Shown: piece after piece, positions 50,111 to 64,000 of the stretch
Layout of the letters: each line of letters begins with the position of its first letter
Numbering within the stretch: position 1 is the stretch's first letter
Translations under genes and position numbers: made by a program
Source of the DNA: Thalia democratica
Taxonomy: Eukaryota
NCBI GenBank assembly: GCA_965202585.1
Contig: OZ241826.1
Location: 26,474,001-26,538,000 of the forward strand
Reading direction: 5' to 3'
Length of the DNA: 64,000 bases
Notes under the pieces: generated by a model
Seen by the model: only the letters and a program-made list of their open reading frames with translations
Told to the model about the DNA's origin: nothing
The model's database searches: none

Positions 50111-53100
50111 GATTGTCTCGGATGCTGTTGTTGTTGATCTTGCGGTAAAGTTCATTGTCTAATTAAAAAAAGAAAACAAGTTATATTTTCTGGTGTTTTA
50201 TACGAATAAGCTGCGTAAACCGTGGTTTAAAATATTGTTAACCTCCTTGCTTCAAATAATTTAAACAAAAAAGTTTTTTATATGCTTTAATATCATGTTT
50301 AATATTGTTTATGAATAATTTAAAGTTAGTGTGGTACGGAGAAAAACAGATTAGATGCACTTGAAAACTAAAGTTGGATAGTTTTACGATTCAAAATCAA
50401 TCTGTAAAAGCTTGAAACTTTAGCACAGCTCTATTTTTAGTTCCAAATTTAAAACTTTACCTTTAATCAACTTTAATTTAAAAAGATAATTTAAGTTTAA
50501 AGTTGAAATTAGAGTATACTTACAGTTATGCTAGTTCAACTTAATGATACTCACTTGAACTTTTTTCAACTTTCCCTTGTGTAATTTGTTTAAACTTTTG
50601 TTGCATATATAAATTTTTAACTTAAAAGTTTAATGTTCAGTGGTATAAAGTTCAAAAAACTTCAACGTCTACTGTCGATTACTTTAGAATATAACTTTTA
50701 AGTACGATGATAAAATTATACAAACGCAATACAATTTATTTGATTTACTTATAACTACTAAAATTTAGAACAAGATAAAATGAAATTTGGGAGTTAAAAA
50801 CACCAAAATTTTGAATAGTATGTATTGAAGTCAAAAGACAAATATGTATATTGAAGTTAAGAAACAACGTGACGCTATAAAACATCCACTCGCTTCTAAT
50901 GGTATAGTACGAAAAGAAATAACAAACAAAGTTCAAATTGAAAATTAATTTTGAATTTTATATCAATTAGTTTTCTAACTTCTTTAGCAACAAAAATGTT
51001 TTTTTTTTTATTAAAATATGCATCAACTAGGGGTTTTAAAAGTATTTAATAAAGTGTTTATTTTAAGACTTGTGTAATTTAAGGCAGTTATGTCGTTTAG
51101 TTAGTATGATTGGTTTTTGAAGTATAACGTCGCGTTCTACAAAAAAATATTGACTCTTGCTTTTGAGTCATTTTGATCCGGCCAGAACTTAGTTAGGATA
51201 CAAATTATATTTTTGAAAACAGAAACATAACAGAAAAGACCGTATTCGGTAATTATCTAAAACAGAAACAATTTAATTTTTCAAAAAAAAAAGCTTATGC
51301 TCTTCGAAACATTTTCTCTTAATATCTTTTTAACACTAACATCAATTAACATAAAGTTATAATAAATAGCTATCTAGAATACACGTATGTTTGTTTAAAA
51401 CTATCCGTGCTAAGTTAATAAACATTCACTCATTTTTTTTTTAAATAAGCTTTAACTTTATTTCTATTCTTGCTAGTGCTCGTTGTAAAGATCAATGTTT
51501 TGTCGTAAAATCAGTGAAAATAACGCAAAAAATTTATAAACCGTAAAAAATAACTAAACATTTTTATCAAAACATCAAGCAGTGTATTGCAGCTTTCTTT
51601 TTATTTTACTATTTCCAAATTGGTTTAATTGAAAAACCGGGTTATCTCAAAACTAGGATTCATTATTTTAATTAAGTTTTATATTCCAAGGATTATTTTA
51701 AAGTGAAAACACGTAAAAGTATTGTTTCTATTTGTACAAACTTAAAGTAAGAAGCGTTCAAAGGACAAATTATTATATATGGAAAAATATTTTTTTTGCA
51801 TAAACAGATTCAAACTTAGCTAATTTTAAAAGTCGAGTGCTTAAAAACAAAAACTTTTAGACCAAAACGAAAGACATTTTTACAATTAAGAATGTGCAAA
51901 GCTATTCTAAAAATAAAATTGATATTACTTATAATATTTAAACTAATCTTTCATTAATTGTAGTCTAAAATTATTAACTGTAAAATAATCACCTAATATT
52001 TTAGTATTTACAAATCTTTGTCTTTGGATGATTACTAACATTGATGAAAAAACAAACATCTAAATTACTTGATATACTTAACACAATAATATTCATTAAC
52101 ATAACTAGTTGACATAATTCATTTATTGAAAGTTATGTTTAATTTTTATAGAATATATGTTAAGTGGACTTGTAATTTTATTACTAAATTTATTCAGTCC
52201 GACGTCATAAAAATACTATAATGACGTCATACAAATATTATTACCACCATATAATCTGTTAGCAGATTTTCTTAAATAAAATGTCTTGAAACAGGCTTAT
52301 AGTATTCTTTTAATTATATCATTTATAATTCGCTTCACCAAAGGCAAGCACACCTTAACAGGTAGCTTTAATTATTGATAACTTGTATTTAATACTGCCA
52401 AAACTTTCTTAAGCAATTTTAAGAGCAAAATTTTTTAAAATATCGTTGATCAAGCTGCTTAAAATCACTTTTTATAGATAAAAAATTTTGATAAACTTTT
52501 TCATTAAACTTATCTATATACCATTGTATAGAGAAGCAAAAAAAACACCATCAACTTAAAACTTTACTTTTTAAATTTCGCGATGGGTAATACTGTAACG
52601 AATAAAAATAATGTTTGTAGACAATAATATGAAACACAGATTAAAACCTTACCTTGCTAAGTTAACTAAACATTTTGAATCATCTAAGTAACAAAATTTA
52701 TCCTTATGAAATTAAATTACCATAAATTACTTATAACCATTTAATCTATCTTAGCTCAAGAACTTTAAACTGTCTGACAAATAAATTTTTTAAGGGCATT
52801 TGTTGCTCAAATAAATTACTTAGATATACATTTTAGTTAAGTTTTCTTCCTACACTATAAAGTGTAGAAAAAAATTATTCTTGTAATTCTCTTACCTAGC
52901 AAAAAAACTTACAAGTAGATGCATAAACATAAGCATACACATAAAACTGCTTTAAAATAAGTGTGAAAATTTAACATGAAACACAATAAAATCTAACTGT
53001 TCTTCATAGGTATTATTTTTAAAAAGTGTATAAGTTGATAATATCAAAAACATGTAATTTTGATTTTATCTCTATCTATTACTATTCATTTTTAATTTTT

Positions 53101-53656
53101 ATCCAAAAAAAAGTCTAAATCAACTTAGCTTTTGTAAATAGAATAATAATTAAAGTACCAAATATATTTATTGTACTTTAAACTAAAAACACCTCAATCA
53201 AATAACCATGTTTTATAATCAGTGGTAAAAACATTAATTTTTCTAAGACAAATAAAACGATGTTAAAAACGTACATAAACAATTCTAACCTATAAATATT
53301 AGCCTATTAAAGTTTCTAAAATCATTATATAACTGAATCAACGTGTAAATAAAAATACAAGATTGTCTTCCACAAAATATCAAATAGGTAATTTGAGATA
53401 AAATATTCATCAAAACATTTTGTTTTTTTTTATGTGAAAACATTATTTTAAACAACATTTACTATAGTAAGTAATATAAAGCTTTAAAAATGTTAATAGT
53501 AAAACTGTGATAGCTTAAACATATAAAACTGTTCATAGCAATTAAAACTAAATATTCTTTAAACTACTTGCAATAAACAACTAAACTATAATAGTATATA
53601 CTTCAATTTTTTTTTCTAACATCAAAAAAAAGACAAATCTACTGTTTTCTCAGTTT

Positions 53657-56600
53657 TCACTTTCCGAGTTCTCCCACCCTCTTATAATGCTTTTGCTTCT
53701 TGGTCATGCCAAACTGCAGTTTCTGCTGTTTCCTCCTTCTACTCTGACCAACGTCCACCTTCACTACATCCGGGTGCATTGGACTGATGAACTTGCCTGT
53801 AAAAAGTTTGTTAATCTAATTTCCTTTGTCAGGGCCGTAGGTTCAGCAAGCCTTCATTTACTTGTTTGTTAATAAACATTAATTTTTGCTTACATTTTGA
53901 CAAGATTTTCGTTATCTAAAACCAACTTGAACATGTTTAAATCGTAAACAGAAAAAGAAAATTATGTTTGGAACCGACCGTAATCTACTAGACGACACTG
54001 GATCGCAACGAATGTGCTCGACACTAGATATTTTTTCAACCTTTTTAGATTATTTACTAAACACAAATACAGCATGCATACCTGAAACAGTCTCGATCTT
54101 GGGCCGGTTGATCTTCTTGAGCGAGAGAGCCGTGTTGTACTGCCTCGCCACGGGGTAGTCCAGTGACCTCTCGAAAGCTGGGACGTCTCTGTGGTACTCC
54201 CACGGTATCTGCTGCACCTGTTTGCGCGTTGGTTTGTTCACGTTTGTTTGTTATGGTGGCAAAAAAGTTATTAGAACAATGAGTAGTTTTGATGGGTAGG
54301 TTTATGTTGCAACTATTAATAGTTACTTTACTAAATATATAATATTATTTTGAAAAAAAAAGAGCTTAAAACAAAACTAATACAAAAAAAAAGTTTTGAT
54401 GCGCACATTGTAGCTATTTCAGCAACTTCTCAATTAGAAACAAATAATTTTTACAGTCATATACATCAAGAACTCAATAAAAACCTGCATCTTGGTCAAA
54501 CCGAGATCTCTATGTTTGGTCGGGATCCACGCGAAACTCTTCCTCTCTTTCTCCACATCCCTCATCTTCCTCTTCTACAATAAGAAACAACATTTGAAAA
54601 CTTAATTTCAAACAAAAACTTCAATTGTGTTTCGTTCTGCCATTCATGTAATGCAAACTTTTCTTTTTTACACTTGAATACTTTATTTGACAAAAGCTTC
54701 GAAAATAATTAAATTTTCTCAAAACAATCGTCGTAATAAAAAAAATTGTACAACATAAAAAGAAAAATATAAATAAATAATTATATTCTAATCAATTTAC
54801 AACCAAACAACCTTGGCCTTCTTCTTCTTCTGGGTGATTCCTTCCCCCGCCCACCCGGTACCGAACCCCGGCATGTCCAGCTCCATCATCTCCTTCTCCC
54901 TCTTCCGCTCCTCCTCCTTCTCGTGCTCCCCCCACACGTCGTCCTCCTCGAACGCCTCCTCGATCAACCCAGCGTTCTTGTCTGTGAAAATTTAATATTT
55001 TTTAAGAGCTTTTCTACAAAAAAAAAAACACAGTTAAATGCAATTTAGCGGCACGTCGGAATTCAAGGAAAGATTTCCCGAAAAATAAACATTCATTTAA
55101 TTTACGAAAGTCAACTAACTAAAAAAATTTATTATCAAAACTTTGGTAAACTTAATATAAAAAGCACTCACCCGGAACGAAATCGTTCATGAGGTCGTCC
55201 ACGTCTTCCTCAACTTCCTTCCCTCCTCCCACGACGATCAGCTCCTCTTCACCGTCGCGCAACTTCACCGGCTTCAACACTTCCTCCTGCTGAACCACTT
55301 GTTACAAAAACCGACGAGTCGCTGAATTTAAACTATCACGTTTGAGAATTATGAATACGCTTGTTGCTATGTGCTTTGAATTTTAGAAAATAAACAAAGA
55401 TGTCTCGACTTTTAGAGGAGAAATTATGTATTTATCAGTTTATAAATTACGTGATATATTTATTAGTTTGCATAATAAAGTCTTGTAAGAACAAATAAAA
55501 AAAAATATTAAGAGACACGTTCAAAATTCCACCCAGTCAAGTTCGAGAACCGTTTACCGACCGAGAGTTAGGGGTAACAGTGATAGTGAAAAATAAATAA
55601 ATGCAAAAATTATATAAAACAAATTAATAAACAAAGAAATCAAAAAAAGATCGGGTGGATTTTGAACGTGAGAGAATTTCGATAGTACACCGTCATCACA
55701 ACAAACCTTCCTTTCAACAGCCACCATCTTCGTTTCCCCCTCCCCGTCCAAACCGGCCTCCTCCGTCTCAACTTCCACCATCACCGTGTTTTCTTCCTTC
55801 TCTTCGGCTTCCTGCTCCTCCCTGGCCGCCTTCACCACCTCCTCTGCTGCTTGCAACGATTTCAGTGATTCCAACGCGCTGGTGAACTTTTGCTCGTTCC
55901 TTAATGCTTCGCTGTCCTGAGCATGATTGTCTGCTTCTTCTTGAATTTTTTGGTTTTAATGAAAGTTTTGAATTTCAATTGAGTATTTCATTGTTTACAA
56001 ATTATAAAAACTTGGACATAGCCTTTAAATTTAACTTTAATCTGTTTAAAATTAGCCGTTTCAGATGTAAAATAACTGATTCTTAAAAAACTAAAATTAA
56101 AAGTGGCTGTAAAGTTTTAGTTTCAAAGTTAAATTGCAAACAATTTTTTAAACTTTCCAATTAATTGTTCTTATTAAACAAACAAGAACAAATACAAACC
56201 TTCAGTCTCTTCACTGTCGTCTTGTTCAGCTGCCAGCCACTTGTTGTCAGACTTCAGCGGTTTCACAACCTCTTGTTGAACATCGTTACTTTCTCCTTCA
56301 TCGTCATCATCTTCCTCCGATTCACTGCTGTCACTTTCAACCTGATGATAATTTTCAAGTAAACTTTCTTAGCTCCATTGAATTAAGAACCTTTACGTTA
56401 TTTCTGTAACTTCAACAAACACTCCATAAACATTTTGAACGAGCCATCAAATCAATTGATGCGATAAACACCAAACAAATCAAACACATTTTATACTTAT
56501 CATTTTATTAAAGAAATTATAAATACATTTATTATTGTAACACACCTTTCTCTTCTTCATCAGTTCCTTGTGCCTGTCAGCTTCGGCGTTCATCTTTTCC

Positions 56601-59600
56601 CTGACGTCTTCGTTGTATTTGGCTATCTTCGCCTTAAATTTTGAATTTTGTTTAAAAACTTATGCATAAACTATTTTAAATTTTGAAGTAGTTATTTAGT
56701 TTGTTACTTTACTTTTATTTAGAATAAAGTTTCTAACCACTAACATCGTTGTATTTATTTAAAATTAAATTGCAATATTCACCTTATCCTTATGCCATAT
56801 TCCCGTCATGATAAAATTGCTAATGACTAACATAAGGTTATGAATAACTTAATTACACCTAAATAAATTACAACCCTAACCTTGTTCTTGTGCCATTTTC
56901 CCTGCCCCCGGTGAGCCAACGTAGCCCTCTCCTTGGCTCTCGCTCTCATGTGTTCCTCTTCCTCGTCTTCCTGATCTTCCTCGTCGCTCCCTTGCAGCTC
57001 CTTCAACTTCTGCTGCTCCTGTTGATTTTTTTTTTAGGTTTGATCTTTATACATTACTATTATTTTTAAAATTAACAAATTTTTAGTAATTTGTTTAAAT
57101 AAATGTCTTTTTGAAATTATGGCAGCTAATGTTTTTTTTTCAAGATAACTTTATTAAACAATGGTTTTTTGTTCAAAAAAGTTTCACTCAGTCATTGTAA
57201 AAAGGTAAAACTTAATAATAGAATAAATAATTTTATTTTTCAAAATATCTTTTAAAAAAAAATTTTTGATCGTTAACCAATAAAATGACATTTATATTAT
57301 TCCTATAAATTATAAAAAAAGTGAAACTTATCTATGAAATGGTACATTCGAACCTTCTCTTTTTTCTTTCTCTGCACCCTCCTGAAGTTCTTGCTCTTGA
57401 TCTTCTTGGTCCTCTTGTACATCTGCTGCATCCTTCCCATGAAGACCCTGTTCTTCTGCAGCTGCTTCAGCCTCTCCCTCGCTTCCTGCTCGGACATCCT
57501 CTCTAGTGCCTCCTTGTCCCTCAGCGTAAGTCCCCGCCACCTTGTGAAACAATTACTTCAAAGTTGTCCGGTTTAAATATATAAGAAACATAAGATCGTT
57601 AAACATTGTATTACATAAAAAACCACTAAAAAAAGGAACTTAAAATAAATCAAGAATTTGAATAGTCATGAACCCTACTACTCATAACACACCTGTGTAT
57701 TTATTACAAATGCGCTACATATATACATACCTGCCGTGGTCGATTTCCTTATCTTTCGGACCGTACGTTGCCATCAGCTGGGCTTCCAAATCGCAAACTG
57801 GCTTCCTGGCCGTTGTGACTGTGTATTGGAGTAAAAGTTATTAAACAACCGAGAAATACATGCGCACAGGACAAGCTTTTGAGTAGTTGTAATTATAGTT
57901 TTTTTTTTGAAATTCTGACAATTTAAGTTACTTACTAATAATATAGGTTCACATGATAAAGATATACTCAAATTAAAAAGTTTAAAGTAAAGTGCTATAG
58001 TTTATTTTTAAGCATATTGAACGACCAAATCTCAAAAAATCATTAAAAATACCTTACTCTAATGCCTGCAAAGTTATTGGTAGTAATAAACTGTTTAAAT
58101 TACAAAAATCAGCATAAACTCTAGTTCCATAAACTTATAATACCTTAAAATGAATATCAAAAATAAAAAAATCCATACAACTTAAATCGCACCTCTCGAG
58201 TTTGCCCCCATCTTGCCCAGGTAGTTGCTCCTCAGCGGCTTCTGTTTTGGCGGGAACATTATGTGGTCTTCCCGCCACATCAGCTGGGCGTGATCGTCCC
58301 ACTTGGAAGCCTCCTTGTTGTTTTTGATGGCGAGCGCCTTCATCTGGATGCGCTTCGACTCCGGCTTGCTCGGTTCGGCCTGCAACGTTTTCTTGTTCTT
58401 TTCAAGCATCTCCATCTTTCTCTTCATTTGGTCGCCTGAAAATAAGAAAGTAATTATTAAATTCAAGGTTTTTTATTTGTTAATTAATGAAAAATTATAA
58501 TCATCAAATTTTAAAAAGTAAATAGTAACTGAATTTCTTTAATATATTCGACTAAAACACTTATCACTGTTTTTATTATTCATATAAGAGAATAACTTTT
58601 TAACTGAAACTTCTTTAACTTAATTACTTTACAACTTTAAATGATTAAACTTTTGTAATTAATAGTGTTCTTAGATTAGGTTTTGTGTTTAGTCTAATTT
58701 ACACTTATTTATCATTTACAGTCAAAAACTTGCTATATAAAAAAGCAATAAGATTAATTAAACAAACTAATTGAATTATTTTCTAAAATAGAAGAAAACA
58801 TAGCTTAGTTAAAGTTTAGTTCTGAAAAGTTAGTATCGTTTAACAAACTATAAAATAATATTTGTTTTAACGTTCTTCAACTATGATAAACAAGTTTAAG
58901 GGCATAGGGTAGTGTCTGACGATTATTTTTACTAAAAATAACATTGGATCTTATATGAAAGCCACATATGAAAGTACGTACTACAAGCCAGTTTTTATAG
59001 AATTAAAAAATCATATTTAACTTTTGATATATTGTAATCTTTGTATAAAGCTTCTGATAATACGTTTAGACCGCAATTTTTTGTATTCAATATTCTCAGA
59101 AATTTGAAAAACCACTAAAAATCTATCTTCTTCTTTATTTTTTGAGCTAGAGACATCAGACTTTCAGGAAACGATCATTTTATAGTTTAAACGGTTTAAA
59201 ATGTTGCCATTTTCAAATTATTAAAAAATAAAATTTCTAGATAAAAACAAAAATAATAAGAGTTTTTTTTTAATGAAAATTTTATTTTTCAAAACGAGGT
59301 TTTAGTTTGCTCCTTCTTTTAGAAACCTATTAACATCACCGACTTTGATTGCTTTTATATCAAAAATTACTTTGAGTTTACTAAAGCGATTAAAAATGAC
59401 TGATAGCGCAGATAAAACTGTATAAAATAAAATCAACTTGTAAAAATCAAGGTGATCACCCCCTATGCCCTTAAATCATAAGCACATAGTTTCAAAACAT
59501 TCTATTTAAAATGTTTAATTAATTTAAATTTATAAAATAGTATTTTATTTTTTCAGTAAAGCAAGACTAAATTAAAGGAAACCAGAAAAACTCATTTGGT

Positions 59601-60903
59601 GATAACATTAATTTATTGAAAAAAATACCAAAATTTGGAATGAAGTAAGAACCAAGCTTCAAAAAACCTATACACAAAATTGAATTAAGGGCATAGGGGG
59701 GTTATTCACTATTTTCACAATTTAGTCTTATTTTAAAGAGTTTTAAATAAGCTACAAAATGCTTTTTACAGATTTTTTAAGTTTAAAATAGTATTTGAGA
59801 TATAGCAGGCCAAAGTCAGGGGCAACAATAGGTTCCTTATGGGGGGTGCAAACTATAACCGCAAAAACAGTTTTGTTTTTTATCATAAAATTTTTATTTT
59901 TTTAATTTCTTCAAATTTTCTTTTGACAAAATTTTCTAAATATTGCAAGAACCATTTCCTAAAAATTTGAGGTAGTTATCTTAAAAAACGTAGAAGATGA
60001 ATTTTTAGTGATTTCTAGTTATTTGTTGTTTTAGTTTGCGCCCCCCATAAGTAACCAATTGTTGCTTCTGACTTTGACCTGCTGTATCTCAAAAATTTTT
60101 CTGAGTTTTAAAAACATGTAAAAAGCAACTTGAAGCTTAGTTAAAACTCAATAAAATAAGACTAAATTGTGAAAAGGTGATTTATCCCCCTATGCCCTTA
60201 AATATGAAAGAATTTTGCTTATTTATGTAAATTAATGAAAACATGATAAGGATCTAAATATCTTAAAATTTATGAAAACATAAAAGTTTAATGTACATTT
60301 TAAATGTAATAAATTCTGAAATTCTATAATATTAGTAAAAAAGTTATGAAGACTACTACAACAAAAAAAGTAAGCAATGAAACAAATAAAATTTTATATT
60401 GAGAACAACATTTTATAAATTATCTGTTTGCATATATTTATGCAATCTATAATAACGAAAACTATTAGTATATAAACAATTAAATCACCTACCTTTAACA
60501 TTTCCCTCTTCAAATATGTCACCAAAAGCCGTGTCTTTCTCATCTAACACCGGACCGTCAACCAGAGTCCTGCGTCTTTTGTTGGTGGCTTGTTTCTCTT
60601 CCTCCTCCTTTACAATTTGAAGAGTTTAAATTATTATTTTTTATTTACCTTAGGGGCAAAGAATTATAAACTGTTAATTTGGTCAAAAACAACATATTTA
60701 CTTTTTTCTAGCAATTTTTTTTAACCTATCAGATGCTTTTTAGAGTTAAAAAATATTATTCAGTACTTTTTTTTGTGAGATTTTATAAGTATAATATCTG
60801 TTTAAACCTTGACATTGAGAGCATCAAGCACTTTGTCCATCTTCTGGTTCTCATCTTCCGATGAGTAGCAATCACTGCTGTAATCTTCTGAATCTGAACT
60901 CAT
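53657..60903 (-). CDS. UTP14: UTP14, second complete 14-exon copy
   Basis: Exon 1 60903-60808, exon 2 60607-60493, exons 3-14 at copy-B coordinates +29284 (58435-58193 ... 53796-53657). Small differences from copy B: MKALAIK vs MRALAIK and VLDEKD vs VLDDKD. Confidence 0.92.
55516..55670. mobile_element. Transib-like MITE (second UTP14 copy)
   Basis: Identical element at +29284. Confidence 0.75.
58900..59470. mobile_element. Copy-C paralog of the first Kolobok-like MITE
   Basis: TTAA|GGGCATAGGG ... CCCTATGCCC|TTAA. Confidence 0.75.
59689..60197. mobile_element. Copy-C paralog of the second Kolobok-like MITE
   Basis: TTAA|GGGCATAGGGGG ... CCCCCTATGCCC|TTAA. Confidence 0.78.
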
Positions 60904-61824
60904 TTTGTATGTATTTGTATGAAAGTGTTTTGCTGGATGTGATTATTTTATACTTAAAATAAATCTGCTGGTAGTGTAGATTAATGTTTTTTTTTTAAGT
61001 TAACAACAGTATAACATTTTTGAATGTTTCAAACAAGCTTAAGAAAAATAAAATCATAGCTGTCTAATTTTGTGCATGTACTTGTATACTTTCTTGTTAT
61101 CTTCATTGATACTTTTACAAAATGTAAAAATACCTAACAATTAATACAAAATTTAATCTATTGTTTTACAGGTTAATATAAACACCAAACAATGTAAACT
61201 TGTGTTAAACAAAAGTATTTCATTACTTAATTTCAATGTTCACAGCTTAATAACTACCAACAAAAATAATTAATTTTTGTAAATTACTAAGCTTAAATTA
61301 CAAAAAATTGACACATTGACAATTTCACATGAAATTTTAATCTTAATTGTTTAAAATATCATTGATAACATTTGTTTTTAAAACTATTTATTGCAAAAGG
61401 GAAATAACTATTTTTACTATAGTCTGACAGCAACCCTAAGCTTATTGTTATCAATACATAACATTTTAAATCATTCAAGCAATTAAGTAAAAAGATATAA
61501 AAGATATAATTTATAAAATATTATATTATAGGTTTTAATTAAGTTTTAAACTTAAATTTTGTTAGGAAAATAAGATACTATTGTTTAAAACTTAAGTGAA
61601 AAATAAAGGTAAAACTTTTTTTTGAGGACTTTTACATATTCTTATTCAGAATAAATGTTCATACAACTAAAACTAATAATACACTTTCTAATTGGCTTCA
61701 AGCTTGTGAATAACTTAGCATCATAATCTATTCAAAGAATTTTAAACTGAAAGATTTCAGCCCTTTTCAAAAATAAACTTGGACTTGTGATAGAATAAAT
61801 TAAATTAAAAAAAAAATCACTTAC

Positions 61825-64000
61825 AAAAATTCTTGTATGATCTTGGGTCCCTCACTTCTATATCTCAACTCGGTTTCAGAAGGAATTCCATTTTCAAAAC
61901 TAGATGTTTTCTTCAGATCAGCCTTCTCATAATACCATATAGGCTTGCTCAGTTCATATAAGGTTTTTTGGTGATGAGGTTTAGTTGATTTTAATATATT
62001 TTCTGTTAGAAGTTTAAGAATATTGTTAATACTTAGCTTTTACTTGTGTTGGGTACCTTGATGAAATTTTTCTGTTTACTTAAATTAATTTGTACTTTAA
62101 GATATTCATATAAATAGTTGTATGGTTTGAATGCTTCAAAGACTTTGAAGATTAATTTAAGTAGTTATAAGCACTAAAGTTTCATATAAATGAAACATTT
62201 TAAATACAGCTCACAAGTAGTTAATGTTCATAACTTTCCAAAAGTAGACTAAGTTCTAAGATACAATTTAGTCTAGCAACATAAGAAGTTTTTACAGCAG
62301 TATTATATCAATACTTATTTAGTTAATTAAAACAAATAAAGACTTTAGAAAAATTTAAACTTATCATTTTTGTGGCTTAAAACTGAACTTGAAATATCAT
62401 AATGTAATGATGGTTTTATTTGATATAAAATATGTTTCACTCAAATATAAGTAGTTATTTTTCACAGTCATATAAAAATATTTTGTTAATTGTGTCTTTA
62501 TTTAGCATTCACTCACTATGAACAATATGGCTTTTTGTTTTCTACCTGCTTCAAAAAGTTGTTATATCAATGACTACAAAAACTCAGTAGTTTTGGCAAA
62601 TATGGCAAAACGATTCGAACTAAATTATAACTGAAATGAGTTTGCAAAAGTTAAATGTAACTTGATGAAATTAAAGGCTTTAAGCTAAATATGATAAATT
62701 TTACACAAGTTGTTAGGTGTTAAACATCTTTAAAACAAGTAAAAAACAATTTCGTAAAGTTTAGAGTTAAATACTTAATTCATATACTTAAATAAACTTG
62801 TCGATGTAATTTATATGAGCATAATGAATTACTGTAGCTTAAAAATTAAACAATATGTTCAACCAACTATCACTAATGCAGTAAAAAAGGTAGAAATTAA
62901 GTTGTGTAAAGTACTTTATGTTCGAAAAAGCTAAAACCACCCTGCTATGCTAACATAGTGTTTCAATTTGTAGTTTTTGATAAATTCTGTAAAATCTTAC
63001 ATTTTATTGTGACATCATACAAAAATAGTATTTTAGAAAATATTTTTTTTCAATGAAAATTCTTTTGAGAAAAGCACTTGTAGTAGTAAGAGCTCTGGAT
63101 GCTGTAGGTGTAAATTTTAACTTTTTTTTTTTTTTTATACTGTTTATGTGAGCTTTGTAGAATACTTAAGCGAACTCTATTTGATTGTCAATACTGCTGA
63201 AGATAAAACTTGATAATTATTGCTCATTTTATCTTCTAAAATTCTTATTTTCTTTACTGAGTGAGTTTAAGACCTAGATTAGGAATCAACAGTCTTGAAA
63301 GTTTATGTTGATAATCTATATTGTTTTCCTCATGCAAAACCTTTGAAATAGTTCTTTACTTTATCTTCTAATTCATCATATGCTGCACTTTTACATTTAC
63401 AAGCATGACATGTTAAGAATGCACTTACATGATGCCAAAAAAACCATCAAGAGGCTTTGAAATCTTGCATCTCAGTTTTTTTTAATCTTTGAAACATCAT
63501 TGTAAAGTGAACTGGGTAGAAAAAAGCTCAAAAAAATCTTTTAAAAGTCTTTTGAACCTCAGCAAAATTTTAAAACTTCTGAGCTTGTTTCAAATCCTTT
63601 GTCTTTATAAGTTGTCACTGTTACTTTTTCCTCTATGCAGAGTTCAGATCACACTTTTTTAGATGATGAGTACCTACTACAGCAGCTGTTGAGGTTAGTT
63701 TGTTTAATAGTTAATTAGATAGTTTTAATTTGTGCAATACTTAGTATTTTTTGCTAGGGTTACCAGCCAGACTAGTTGAATATTACAAAGTTAAAGTTTT
63801 TAGGATAATATAATAAATCTTAAAATTTTATATGTTTTACTTATTAATTGTTGAGTCCTTTTGTTACTAATAAATTTTTTGAATGCTCATGCTTGAATAA
63901 CATTAAGCTTTAGATGTAATAAAGTTTTGCACAAATTCAGACTAGCACTTTCTATTCATAGAGTTGTAACCTTGGCTTATACCATAAACATATATTTGTC
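61825..64000 (-). pseudogene. Decayed gene or TE coding fossil upstream of UTP14 (copy C, partial)
   Basis: Exon 62002-61825 is open; the rest is collinear with copy B. Confidence 0.45.

Larger units (their letters stand above)
28402..57685 (+). repeat. Tandem segmental duplication unit, copy B (29284 bp)
   Basis: Identical ORFs at +29284 (24403/53687, 26270/55554, 28490/57774). 43.1-57.7 kb is nearly identical to 13.8-28.4 kb, while 29-43 kb is a visibly diverged paralog of 0.6-13.8 kb. Confidence 0.93.
57686..64000 (+). repeat. Tandem segmental duplication unit, copy C (partial, runs off the window)
   Basis: Collinear with 174-5580 and 28402-35740; carries alternating A-type and B-type variants. 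Confidence 0.92.

Noticed and set aside
1-64000. CRISPR arrays, rRNA genes, prokaryotic operons
   Set aside because: No regularly spaced short repeats or rRNA-like sequence; the window is spliceosomal-intron-containing eukaryotic DNA.

Overview
AT-rich eukaryotic (probably invertebrate animal) genomic DNA. After a 100-N scaffold gap it is a head-to-tail tandem array of a ~28-29 kb unit: copy A 174-28401, copy B 28402-57685, partial copy C 57686-64000. Each unit carries a minus-strand, 14-coding-exon UTP14 gene (SSU processome, ~660 aa), reconstructed by hand from GT-AG splice sites and phases. It is complete at 24373-32652 and 53657-60903. The leftmost copy has lost its ATG exon through a ~930 bp deletion and runs into the gap. 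Each unit also has an orphan plus-strand terminal exon of a CUB-domain gene plus a decayed duplicate of it, a decayed multi-exon gene or TE fossil upstream of UTP14, tRNA-derived SINE heads, several MITEs (TTAA/Kolobok-like, CAC..GTG/Transib-like, hAT-like), a ~105-nt hairpin and a cryptic degenerate repeat. Two kinds of hammerhead-ribozyme motif were found. One lies ~230 nt downstream of the CUB stop codon in both full units. The other is an inverted pair in the pLTRs of a 5'-truncated Penelope (GIY-YIG) element found only in UTP14 intron 2 of copy B, which places one ribozyme motif on the UTP14 pre-mRNA strand. The copies are mosaics of near-identical and diverged tracts, pointing to gene conversion or unequal crossover. 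All comparisons were made by eye; no databases were searched.
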